From Escherichia phage GADS24: a stretch of 64,000 nt of DNA. Shown piece after piece: positions 46,603 to 55,181 of this stretch. The notes beneath the pieces were generated by a model, which saw only the letters and a list, made by a program, of their open reading frames with translations, was not told the DNA's origin and ran no database searches. A program made the translations under genes and the position numbers. Position 1 is the stretch's first letter; every line of letters begins with the position of its first letter. The stretch lies in sequence record OQ703618.1; one strand, written 5' to 3'.

Positions 46603-46803
46603 TTATTCGTAGAAGTCGGTAACTGTCCATGCGGAATTGCGATTAGACATTATTTTATTATACTCATCTTTAAAAGCAGATTTGAGCATTTGTTCAGTAA
46701 CAATATGTTCTTCACCTGAAAACGTATTGGTCAAAACATATTTTTTAATTTCAGGGACAACGAGAAGATGTTGACCGGTTGAATACTCCATGTTGTTCTC
46801 CAT
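46603..46803 (-). CDS. Hypothetical protein (66 aa, 45.2 position)
   Basis: Small ORF between rpbA and 46. Confidence 0.45.
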   Translation of the reverse strand: MENNMEYSTGQHLLVVPEIKKYVLTNTFSGEEHIVTEQMLKSAFKDEYNKIMSNRNSAWTVTDFYE

Positions 46804-46845
46804 TTAATTTGATGTGGTCATTATAACCACATCGTGTTAAAGCGT

Positions 46846-48534
46846 TTATGAAACAGTCATTACCGTAAATCGTCCAACTTTGCTCATCTGAAGATGTTGT
46901 CCATAACGTTGAGGGTCATGGTCTCGATGAGAGATAATGAACACGTTAGTATTTTGTAAACTTCCAAGAATGGTATCTATAGCCTTAACAGCCTCAGAAT
47001 CAACAGCACCATCAAAAACCTCATCAAGAATCAGAGTGTTGATTTTAACACCAGAGACCTTTTCAGCAATATCTCGCCATGTAAACAACAACGCGATATC
47101 GATACGTGCTTTTTCACCTTGACTAAATGAAGCATAACTAAAATCTTCACGACCACGTGATTTTATAGATTCATTGAATTCTTCGTCAATAGAAAACACG
47201 TAATCAGCTTCCATAATTTTAAGATAATGATTAATCTGTTTGTTGAACAGAGGCACATATTTTTTAATGATAGCACCTTTAATACCAGAATCTTTTAACA
47301 TATCTGTGATAATACCACGATGGTATTTTTCAAGAACGATATCTGATTTTGTTTTAATGATTTTATCAAGTTCTTTTTGAAGCAAAGCTATCTCATCGGC
47401 ATGGTCGATAAATTCAGCCGAGGCTTGTTCTATTGCAGCTTTAACTTTCTTAGCTTTATCAATAGTGGCAATCATTGCTTGTTTCTTGGTACGAATATCA
47501 GATGCAAGGTCCTGTTTAGTCTTAACATTAGCTCTATATTCGTCCACTAGGACACTCAGATTATCTCTGTGACATGTAAGTTGCTCGAATGAGTGATTAC
47601 ATTCGTGAAGCTTATCGGTAATCTTAGAGACAATAGGATCACCCTGGTGCAACTGTGATGCACAAGTAGGACATGTGCCACCATCATGATACATCTTAAT
47701 AACTTTGTTATATGAGTCGATTTTAGATTTAATCAAGAATGCTTCTTGTCCGATCTTGTTGAATGCCTCAGTAGGGTCTTCGTCAAGAACGATATTAAGT
47801 AGACGCTCGTTAGCTTCTTCAATTTCTGCTTTTAATGAACGAGCTTCTTTGGCTAGGTCGTCATACATATTCTGTAGACGCGCTACATTATCACCAGATA
47901 ATTTCTTTTGACGTTCGATATTCTCGTTATAAATCTTAATTTGTTGGATAACACCATCTTTCTTGGCATCGAGAACTTGTCCCTGGGAATTAAGTTCTCG
48001 AACTTGAGACTTATTGATTTTATCCATTTCAGCGAGTGTGCCGACTTCTAAAAGGTCTTCGACAAGTTTTCTACGAGCAGGGGTGCTAAGAGCCATGAAA
48101 GGGGTATACCCTGCCGTCCCAAGCACAACGATTTGTTTAAAAGACGCGTATGACATTCCGATGCTACGTTCAAATTCTTCTTGGAAGTCACGACTGCTGG
48201 CAGATTCATCAAGACGAACACCGTCAACGGAGATTTCGAAAATATTGGGTTTTTGGCCGCGTTTAATGAAGTATTTTTTATCATCGAATTCCATCCAAAG
48301 CTCAACTAAGAGCTCTTTCTTGTTCGTGCTATTAATGATTTGCCCTTTCTTAACATCACGAAATGGTTTACCGAAAAGTCCGAAAGTAATGGCTTCTAAC
48401 ATCGTAGATTTACCACCGCCATTTTTACCAGTGATTAATGTCTTTTGGACTTTATCTAATTGGATATCAATAGGATTCCCGCCTACCGACATGATATTTT
48501 GATAACGAACACGATTTAATTTAAATGATTTCAT
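46846..48534 (-). CDS. 46: Recombination endonuclease subunit gp46 (SbcC/Rad50-like ATPase)
   Basis: 562 aa; Walker A GKNGGGKST, coiled-coil middle with CPTC zinc hook, Walker B LILDE. Confidence 0.9.
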   Translation of the reverse strand: MKSFKLNRVRYQNIMSVGGNPIDIQLDKVQKTLITGKNGGGKSTMLEAITFGLFGKPFRDVKKGQIINSTNKKELLVELWMEFDDKKYFIKRGQKPNIFEISVDGVRLDESASSRDFQEEFERSIGMSYASFKQIVVLGTAGYTPFMALSTPARRKLVEDLLEVGTLAEMDKINKSQVRELNSQGQVLDAKKDGVIQQIKIYNENIERQKKLSGDNVARLQNMYDDLAKEARSLKAEIEEANERLLNIVLDEDPTEAFNKIGQEAFLIKSKIDSYNKVIKMYHDGGTCPTCASQLHQGDPIVSKITDKLHECNHSFEQLTCHRDNLSVLVDEYRANVKTKQDLASDIRTKKQAMIATIDKAKKVKAAIEQASAEFIDHADEIALLQKELDKIIKTKSDIVLEKYHRGIITDMLKDSGIKGAIIKKYVPLFNKQINHYLKIMEADYVFSIDEEFNESIKSRGREDFSYASFSQGEKARIDIALLFTWRDIAEKVSGVKINTLILDEVFDGAVDSEAVKAIDTILGSLQNTNVFIISHRDHDPQRYGQHLQMSKVGRFTVMTVS

Positions 48535-48785
48535 ATGTATTCTCTTCGAATGAAGTCCTCTACATATTTTAACATGTCATCTCTATCAGCAAAATATTCA
48601 TCTAGTTCTGCGTACATAACAACACCCGGTGCGTACTCACAGGTAACATACATTGTTCCAAAGAAACGAGGAGTTGATTCCTCGTAATTCTCAGTCCATT
48701 CAACAATACCAATATAACCGTCGCCAATACTAAATTCATGGCGATGGATTTCATAGTTAGTCTTCGTCATTATACGCATCCTCAA
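48531..48785 (-). CDS. Hypothetical protein (84 aa, 46.1 position)
   Basis: ORF with ATGA overlap to gp46. Confidence 0.5.
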   Translation of the reverse strand: MRMRIMTKTNYEIHRHEFSIGDGYIGIVEWTENYEESTPRFFGTMYVTCEYAPGVVMYAELDEYFADRDDMLKYVEDFIRREYI

Positions 48786-49014
48786 TACACGCTTCAGCCA
48801 TTTTAAGAATAGAGCCAGGAGTATCGTTGTCCATTATATTAAAGCTAAATTCAATAGCCCAGTCAGTGCAGACATGAACTGCTTTAACTTCATTGCCTTC
48901 AACGCGTAATGGCTCAATCCAATACTTGATAGTGTTCTCGAATCCATCATCATCTTTAACGTCCATTTCAACTTCAAGCCTGAGTCCAGCATTGTTAAAT
49001 TCATCTAAAGTCAT
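48757..49014 (-). CDS. Hypothetical protein (85 aa)
   Basis: ORF with ATGA overlap to gp47. Confidence 0.5.
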   Translation of the reverse strand: MTLDEFNNAGLRLEVEMDVKDDDGFENTIKYWIEPLRVEGNEVKAVHVCTDWAIEFSFNIMDNDTPGSILKMAEACIEDAYNDED

Positions 49015-50030
49015 TGTGTTGCCTCAACATAAAGTTCGTTGGAATATTTGACCAGCGCTTCTCTGTCTTCATCTGAGATATCTGGAATCGCGTCAATATA
49101 TTCTTTAATGATATCTTGAAGTGATTTAATCTCGATTTCCTGGTCGTCATCAGATTCAACACTGTTATCAACTTTAGAAACCATACGAAGAGAGTGAACT
49201 ACTTTTTCAAGTTCAGATTCAAACTTAGTCAACTCTGAATCAATTTCTGATACTATAACACGTACGGCTAGATTAGTATAATCAGAATAATTGATTTTGC
49301 CTTTAAACGGATAAGTGATTCGTCGGTGCCATGTTGTTTCATTAGGAATAAATTCCATACGTTCAACATCAGTGTCAAATACCCAGAATCCTCGAGGGTC
49401 GTTCTCATCACCTGCAGTAAGGGTCCATGGTGTCCCAATATATTTGACGTTAGCAGCTTCAGAGATTGTGTGGAAGTGGCCAGAACAGACTTGTTTATAG
49501 GTCTTTAAGAAATCAGGTTCAAGCCCATGAGACTTCATTCCTTTATAGAAATAAAAGCCATTCAGTTCCCAGTGCCCAACACAATACTCTGCGGAAGAAG
49601 TCTTGATGTGCTCTAAGATTTCACCTGTATTTTCTTCACACATCCATGGAACGATATCAATCAGACATCCATCAAAATCTACAGTAGTTGGATGCTCATA
49701 AATAGTAAAGTTTTCAAATTGAGTTAACAATTCAGAAACAGTGTTAGGTGTTATTGTATTCTTAAACGCCATGTCATGGTTTCCTACCGTGACATGAACG
49801 TGAATGCCTGCTTTAGAAATCATATCAACGATTTCACGATTGAATTCCATCGTACGATGTGTTATTGCTTTACGGACGTCAAACCAATCACCGCACTGAA
49901 TCCAAGTTTTAATCCCATGTTTCTTAGAGTATTCAATTGCTTGACGAATACCATCACGTTGAATGTCTTGAACCCATGGGTCGTCTTGTTTGACTCCGAT
50001 ATGGAAGTCGCCTAAGTACAAAATTTTCAT
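49011..50030 (-). CDS. 47: Recombination nuclease gp47 (SbcD/Mre11-like phosphoesterase)
   Basis: 339 aa; calcineurin-like motifs DFH, GDWFD, GNHD. Confidence 0.9.
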   Translation of the reverse strand: MKILYLGDFHIGVKQDDPWVQDIQRDGIRQAIEYSKKHGIKTWIQCGDWFDVRKAITHRTMEFNREIVDMISKAGIHVHVTVGNHDMAFKNTITPNTVSELLTQFENFTIYEHPTTVDFDGCLIDIVPWMCEENTGEILEHIKTSSAEYCVGHWELNGFYFYKGMKSHGLEPDFLKTYKQVCSGHFHTISEAANVKYIGTPWTLTAGDENDPRGFWVFDTDVERMEFIPNETTWHRRITYPFKGKINYSDYTNLAVRVIVSEIDSELTKFESELEKVVHSLRMVSKVDNSVESDDDQEIEIKSLQDIIKEYIDAIPDISDEDREALVKYSNELYVEATQ

Positions 50031-50070
50031 ATTATTTCCTCATTAGTTAATTCATTCTATCATCCGTTTA

Positions 50071-50101
50071 TAAAGCAAAAAAGGAACTCCGAAGAGTTCC
50101 T
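50071..50101 (-). terminator. Rho-independent terminator upstream of gene 47
   Basis: GGAACUC-UUCG-GAGUUCC followed by TTTTTTGCTTT. Confidence 0.5.
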
Positions 50102-50271
50102 ATCCACATAGTACACCGTACAGAGGCTCATTTGAACTTTTAAATCGAATGGGCTTGTATGTAATAGTTCCTTCGGCTTTAGCTTTATCATAAGACTCTT
50201 TAAAACGTCTCATTCTTTCTGCTTTGCCTTTACGGATTTTATCGAAATTTTCAGAAGTCGGGATGTTCGTC
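50098..50271 (-). CDS. Small basic protein (57 aa)
   Basis: ATG-initiated ORF MTNIPTSENFDKIRKGKAERMRRFKESYDKAKAEG, flanked by a terminator; below ORF-track cutoff. Confidence 0.3.
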
Positions 50272-50312
50272 ATGCATAAGCACCTCTCAGAAAATACCTA
50301 AATCGATTTCTC

Positions 50313-50534
50313 TCATCGTTTCCACCATTTCTTAACTTGAAATGAATCAACCCACACGAGTTGTTTTGGGTCTGCCTTTACAATAGGCGGACAAATTTCT
50401 GTAATAGAACCGTCGTGATATTCCTTTTCAGAGATTTTAACACAAAGAGGACCTCCCAATTTAAGGGTGAACCCTGCATTCAGCTTCAGACGTTTAAACT
50501 TTGTTTGAACTAGCGCCATTAATGATGTCCTCAA
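50313..50534 (-). CDS. Hypothetical protein (73 aa or shorter)
   Basis: Minus-strand ORF in the 47-55 interval. Confidence 0.4.
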   Translation of the reverse strand: MRTSLMALVQTKFKRLKLNAGFTLKLGGPLCVKISEKEYHDGSITEICPPIVKADPKQLVWVDSFQVKKWWKR

Positions 50535-50817
50535 TAGCCTGACGAGTAGTAATCCACTGGATTTTAATTAACTTGTCATTGTATGGTTGTCGTAGAATAT
50601 CCCGAGATTTCTTAATAGCATATTCGTAAGCTTCGAAGTTATTTTGAATTGCTGCTTCTTGAGCATGAGCATAAAGACGGTTTAGTTCAAAACGATTCTT
50701 TTTAAGAATCTTTTCGGATTTTTTACGTGCTTCAGCTTCATTTTTCTTTTGGATTTCTTGTAGCATTTTAGCTACTGCATCTTCTGCTTCTTTATTTTCA
50801 ATAATCTCGGTAGTCAT
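50494..50817 (-). CDS. Hypothetical protein (107 aa)
   Basis: Minus-strand ORF in the 47-55 interval. Confidence 0.5.
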   Translation of the reverse strand: MTTEIIENKEAEDAVAKMLQEIQKKNEAEARKKSEKILKKNRFELNRLYAHAQEAAIQNNFEAYEYAIKKSRDILRQPYNDKLIKIQWITTRQAIEDIINGASSNKV

Positions 50818-50818
50818 A

Positions 50819-51031
50819 TTATCTCATTAAATTAAAATAAAAACGTCCATCCTCTTCAATACAGAACTCGTACTCAACCGGAGTCCCATTTATTGAAAAT
50901 GACACGTCATGTGGGTTCAAAGGGTCGATGTCAAAATTAATTTTAAATTCACGACCCAACAGTTTTACCAAATAAGGGATTGCTTCGTCAAAAGGTTCTT
51001 CTAAGTAGTTAGAGATGTCAATTGTCATCCT
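50819..51031 (-). CDS. Hypothetical protein (about 70 aa from internal Met)
   Basis: Track ORF overlaps gene 55 in another frame; trimmed to MRMTIDIS. Confidence 0.4.
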   Translation of the reverse strand, partial: RMTIDISNYLEEPFDEAIPYLVKLLGREFKINFDIDPLNPHDVSFSINGTPVEYEFCIEEDGRFYFNLMR

Positions 51032-51575
51032 CATATAAAAAATCCAAACTAGGCGAATCGCTAACAACTTCCTTCTTTTCAGCCCCAGGAGCTTTATAAG
51101 CGGATTCTTCATAATGCGTCATTTTATCGTAGATGTCTTGAATAAACGTTTCATCTACCAACGCTACCATATCATCGTCATGACTGTCGTAGACATTATG
51201 AACGAAGTAACTATATTTCTTTGCAACTTCCTTACGTTCTTTTTTGATACGTTGGACAAAAGCATTAAAACAAGCTCGAGTTATGTATGCATGTGGGTTA
51301 TTGTACTTAGTTTCGTCGAAATTATGAAGTCCCTTAATAGAGGCTTCAATCCCATCTGCAATCATCTCTTGCTTCCAAGACTGGGTATATCCTGAAAAGT
51401 TGAAACGTTTGGACAGGCCTTCGGCGATAAGCATAATTGCTAAACCGATGGTATCATTCTGACGAATAATTTTGTTTGGGTCTTTATTATTTAAGAGCTC
51501 CTTTTTCCACTCGATTATAGCGGCGAGAAGCTCTTTATTATTCACATAGTTATTTTTAGGTTTTTGTTCAGTCAT
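51018..51575 (-). CDS. 55: Late-transcription sigma factor gp55
   Basis: 185 aa; [63 protein letters not shown] near-identical to recalled T4 gp55. Confidence 0.9.
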   Translation of the reverse strand: MTEQKPKNNYVNNKELLAAIIEWKKELLNNKDPNKIIRQNDTIGLAIMLIAEGLSKRFNFSGYTQSWKQEMIADGIEASIKGLHNFDETKYNNPHAYITRACFNAFVQRIKKERKEVAKKYSYFVHNVYDSHDDDMVALVDETFIQDIYDKMTHYEESAYKAPGAEKKEVVSDSPSLDFLYEDDN

Positions 51576-51595
51576 AAGTACCTCTTAGCTCAATT

Positions 51596-51640
51596 CATAG
51601 GTCTATTATATCATAATATTTAGAGACCTATCTTAAAGCA
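51596..51640 (-). promoter_or_regulatory. Promoter-like palindromic cassette upstream of gene 55
   Basis: Minus strand GATAGGTCTCT..TATGATATAAT-AGACCTATG; lacks a GTTTAC -35. Confidence 0.4.
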
Positions 51641-51647
51641 CGAGATA

Positions 51648-51917
51648 TTATCGGAGCAAACAATAAGCCTGAAATACTTTTTCCATTAAACGTTTGAACT
51701 CATGGATATCGATATAAAGCTCAGTAAGTCCGGCATTATAAAGAAAATCTAAAAAGTTCTCATGTGTTTCGTTATAGTCGCCTTCGTTTAATTTAGATAC
51801 ATGAGTTTCCCAAAAACCAACACCTTTAACGAATGGAAAATACGTGACTTTCATGTATTCGTCAACATAAAATTCGCCCAGCTTTTCTTCAGTTATACTG
51901 ATTCGAGTTAATTTCAT
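51648..51917 (-). CDS. Hypothetical protein (89 aa)
   Basis: Minus-strand ORF with ATGA overlap. Confidence 0.5.
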   Translation of the reverse strand: MKLTRISITEEKLGEFYVDEYMKVTYFPFVKGVGFWETHVSKLNEGDYNETHENFLDFLYNAGLTELYIDIHEFKRLMEKVFQAYCLLR

Positions 51918-52141
51918 TCTAGTTCCTTTGCTGCTTCAAGAGCAGCATCCAGCGAATCAAATTGGTCAACGAAATCAATATTCAATGCATCGTCAACCGT
52001 AGCATATAACCACCATTGTTTGAATTCATATTCTAGGATAAATCCAGGCCCTTCAATCTGAGGAAGACCTAGACTATTTGTACCAACTTCGTAACCAGCT
52101 AGACGCAAGTCATTAATCAAAGTTTCTGTTAATACGCTCAT
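51914..52141 (-). CDS. Hypothetical acidic protein (75 aa)
   Basis: Minus-strand ORF with ATGA overlap. Confidence 0.5.
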   Translation of the reverse strand: MSVLTETLINDLRLAGYEVGTNSLGLPQIEGPGFILEYEFKQWWLYATVDDALNIDFVDQFDSLDAALEAAKELE

Positions 52142-52469
52142 TTTACCGCCTTAACAATTTTCAGATCAACGAATTTTTTCTTACGTTGATTTTTCATACG
52201 ACGGATAGTCTTTTCAGAGATTTCATGTTTCTGATAAGCTTTAGATTCAACACCAAATGCAGCAACGTCAAATTCAGAAAGAATATATTGTACTAGAATT
52301 TCACGAATAGAATTACGTCCAATTTTCTGGTCGTGTTTTTGCATGATTTCATAAAGACGGAATTCCCACGCATCAAGAACTTGAGGAGTAACAATATTGC
52401 CGGATTCCAGAAGAGCAACAACTTTATCGAAAGCGAAAGAATTAACTACGTTTTTGATTTTAGTAGACA
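52138..52469 (-). CDS. Hypothetical protein (about 110 aa)
   Basis: Trimmed to MSTKIKN with SD GAGGAAAATAAT; promoter cassette upstream. Confidence 0.5.
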
Positions 52470-52498
52470 TATTATTTTCCTCGGTTATTTTATTATCC

Positions 52499-52538
52499 AA
52501 TGAGAGCATTATACTCCGCTCTCAAGAGTTTGTACACT
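52499..52538 (-). promoter_or_regulatory. Early promoter cassette (near-duplicate of cassette at 7593)
   Basis: Minus strand TGTACA-AACTCTTGAGAGCGGAG-TATAAT-GCTCTCA. Confidence 0.5.
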
Positions 52539-52776
52539 ATTTTTTAAGCATGAAAAGTAAGTAATTTGTATCACGTGGAGTAATATCAACACCCATATCA
52601 AAGATGCCTTTATAGATTGGGTATTTGTTTTCGGTTGTATCGAAGCTGAAACTATTTCCATCACAACTAACAGTAATAGCATCTGTTAAAATGTCATACT
52701 CAATCCTAACAATTGAATCCCCAATTTTAACGTCGAGGTGTTTTTTGAATTTGATAAAATCTAACTCTTGGGCCAT
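52537..52776 (-). CDS. Hypothetical protein (79 aa)
   Basis: Minus-strand ORF. Confidence 0.5.
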   Translation of the reverse strand: MAQELDFIKFKKHLDVKIGDSIVRIEYDILTDAITVSCDGNSFSFDTTENKYPIYKGIFDMGVDITPRDTNYLLFMLKK

Positions 52777-52839
52777 GATATTTTCCTCATTTTAAGACGA
52801 TAGGAAGATAATAACATGTCTTCCTATCGTTGTACATTA

Positions 52840-53052
52840 TTAACCGAACTTTTTAGCGCCTTTCCAGCCTTCATACATAGCTGCACAAGTCAGTAGTACA
52901 GCGTGCTGACATTCTTTGTATTTGTAAATCCAGAACCAGCGTAAGAAGTCTTCGTCCTCAACGCCGTTGAGTTTCATATTGGCAAAGAATTCGGCACGTT
53001 CTTCACGAAGTTGCCATGACACAATATTTTCAGGATTCATTTTGTGTTCCAC
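52840..53052 (-). CDS. Hypothetical protein (70 aa)
   Basis: Minus-strand ORF. Confidence 0.45.
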   Translation of the reverse strand: MEHKMNPENIVSWQLREERAEFFANMKLNGVEDEDFLRWFWIYKYKECQHAVLLTCAAMYEGWKGAKKFG

Positions 53053-53171
53053 GCCCCATTTTCATCGATGAACTTAATCCAGTCATTTACAGACCATTTA
53101 GTTGTATCACCCTTTGGATTAACATTTAAAGTATATAATCCCTGCTTAAAAAGCATTCGTTTGATATTCAT
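53037..53171 (-). CDS. Small hypothetical protein (about 44 aa)
   Basis: Trimmed to MNIKRMLF with SD GAGGAAATT; track version overlaps the upstream ORF. Confidence 0.3.
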   Translation of the reverse strand: MNIKRMLFKQGLYTLNVNPKGDTTKWSVNDWIKFIDENGAWNTK

Positions 53172-53178
53172 AATTTCC

Positions 53179-53499
53179 TCAACTGTAACGATAACATTCG
53201 TTAGCTTTACGTTTGGCTTCAGTATGAGAAGTATTATAATCATAATCTTCTTTACTGTAAACATCTTTTTTCAACTTACGAACTTCTTTGCGAAGTTGTC
53301 GATTCATTTCGTTCTTAACTTCAGAGTCAACGCCTTTCATACGTTTCCATTTATCTGAGCGGAAAATGTTTTCAACCATGTCTTTGTGGCTAACACCGTC
53401 AGGAGCTTTACGTTTACCAAAATAGTCGTAATCACGAACTTTCAAATCTTTACGACGATACGTTTTACCCATAAGTACCTCAGAGGTTGATTGATACAA
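53179..53499 (-). CDS. Hypothetical basic protein (106 aa)
   Basis: Minus-strand ORF. Confidence 0.5.
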   Translation of the reverse strand: MYQSTSEVLMGKTYRRKDLKVRDYDYFGKRKAPDGVSHKDMVENIFRSDKWKRMKGVDSEVKNEMNRQLRKEVRKLKKDVYSKEDYDYNTSHTEAKRKANECYRYS

Positions 53500-53728
53500 T
53501 GCGTTTGATAAAATTCACTTCACTTACTGAAAGGTCTTTAAGACCGATTGATTCTAAACGCTGAGTAAGAGTCAACATTGGGATATAGTCCCATTGTGTT
53601 TTAGACGTTTGATAAGTACGGACGCCATTAGCAATTTCAACGTTCAAATCGGAAATGGTAATGAATATCGTACGTTCGTTGTTTACATTAAGAGTTAAAA
53701 CAACTTTCTTTGAATCTAAACTAATCAT
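53480..53728 (-). CDS. Hypothetical protein (82 aa)
   Basis: Minus-strand ORF. Confidence 0.45.
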   Translation of the reverse strand: MISLDSKKVVLTLNVNNERTIFITISDLNVEIANGVRTYQTSKTQWDYIPMLTLTQRLESIGLKDLSVSEVNFIKRIVSINL

Positions 53729-53907
53729 GGCTTAATTTCCTTCGCAATTGAACAGAAGATACCACGGTCACAAAGCATTTCACCAATTTCTGGATATTTG
53801 ATCGAACGGTACCAAACATCCAGGCTTGAAACTCTGGTTATCTGTACTGCATTACCGTTGACAGAATAGTACTGGTCGACCTTAATTTCTTTATCTTCAA
53901 TTGTCAT
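53725..53907 (-). CDS. Hypothetical protein (about 61 aa)
   Basis: Trimmed to MTIEDKEIK with SD GAGGAAAATAAA. Confidence 0.4.
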   Translation of the reverse strand: MTIEDKEIKVDQYYSVNGNAVQITRVSSLDVWYRSIKYPEIGEMLCDRGIFCSIAKEIKP

Positions 53908-54072
53908 TTTATTTTCCTCTATAGTAGATGGTTTAATCTTAACACATCTATTGAGGATGTAAACTGTTTTATGAAAATATTTTCGATTTGAGAGGGGCAC
54001 AAGGAGATAGTGAAGTGAAGATTCCAATGGATTATATTAGAAATGAGATAAAGAAGACCAGGCGGCACCTGG

Positions 54073-54381
54073 TCAATCTTCTATGATATCAGAGTCATAT
54101 CCTAATGAAATCAAGGACTTTTTAAACTCTGCAATATTCTTTTGTTTCTTATCATTTAAAAATATGACAGGATAACGAATATTAAGTGAAGTGAATCCTG
54201 CACGTTTAGCAAGAGATACGATTAAAGGACGGTCGTATTCAATCTTACCATTATTAGTGAGGACTTTATAAAATGTATAAGGAGCATTGAGCTCCTTTAA
54301 AAGTTTTGTAACAGTATAACATCCCGGACAACGTCCTACTTCTTCAGGGATGCCATAGATTTCAATCTTGTTGTGTTCCAC
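54073..54381 (-). CDS. nrdH: NrdH-like glutaredoxin
   Basis: 102 aa; CPGC redox motif near N-terminus; adjacent to nrdG/nrdD. Confidence 0.65.
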   Translation of the reverse strand: MEHNKIEIYGIPEEVGRCPGCYTVTKLLKELNAPYTFYKVLTNNGKIEYDRPLIVSLAKRAGFTSLNIRYPVIFLNDKKQKNIAEFKKSLISLGYDSDIIED

Positions 54382-54383
54382 AA

Positions 54384-54620
54384 TTATTCCTTGCCAAGAA
54401 CAGAATTCAGTTTATTAGTAATTTTGTCCAAACGTTCATTGAATTCGTTGGAGGATAAACCCTTTTCCGGAGAAATTAAACTAATCACGAAAAATACAAC
54501 AGTAAAAGGAATAAGAAAAATAGCTCCAACTGCCATAAACAAAAAGAACGTTACAGTTGTAAAAAAATCAGCTAAACCTTTACGAAATTTATACATATTT
54601 ACCCTTAATTGATTAACCAA
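54384..54620 (-). CDS. Small membrane protein (78 aa)
   Basis: Hydrophobic segment FFTTVTFFLFMAVGAIFLIPFTVVFFVISLI. Confidence 0.45.
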   Translation of the reverse strand: MVNQLRVNMYKFRKGLADFFTTVTFFLFMAVGAIFLIPFTVVFFVISLISPEKGLSSNEFNERLDKITNKLNSVLGKE

Positions 54621-54710
54621 GCATTGATAAACACTAAACTATATTGTGAATAAAATTCTGGACCAAAATGAAAAATCATATCATTTATAGTATCTATAAT
54701 GTAATTCAAT

Positions 54711-55181
54711 TTAATCATGTTTCCACACCCCATCGGTATTTGACCAAAGTCGCTGATTATCTGATCCTCGCCACAGTTTTTTGGTCGGAAGATTTTTCTC
54801 ATACTTCCCATCAATAATAACATCAACATATTTAAGCATTTCTAGTTGTTTAATATCTTCAAATTTATATCCTGTCCACAACCAAATGCTTTTATTGGGA
54901 TAAAGATTTTTTACTGTTTGAACAATGCAATGAATAACATCTCGGTTATCAGGATAGAGAGGGTCTCCTCCAGTTATAGTCAATCCTTCTATATAATCAT
55001 TATTCAAACATTCAATTAATTGTTCCAGTGTTTCACCAGTGAATGGAACGCCATTTCTAGCGTTCCATGTTGATTTATTATAACACCCTTCGCATTTATG
55101 CAAACAACCTGTAACGAAAAGAACGACCCTGCATCCAGGGCCATTCACAAAATCGCAAGGATAAAATCTATCATAATTCAT
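54711..55181 (-). CDS. nrdG: Anaerobic ribonucleotide reductase activating protein NrdG (radical SAM)
   Basis: 156 aa; radical-SAM CxxxCxxC (CLHKCEGCYN); immediately downstream of nrdD. Confidence 0.9.
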   Translation of the reverse strand: MNYDRFYPCDFVNGPGCRVVLFVTGCLHKCEGCYNKSTWNARNGVPFTGETLEQLIECLNNDYIEGLTITGGDPLYPDNRDVIHCIVQTVKNLYPNKSIWLWTGYKFEDIKQLEMLKYVDVIIDGKYEKNLPTKKLWRGSDNQRLWSNTDGVWKHD

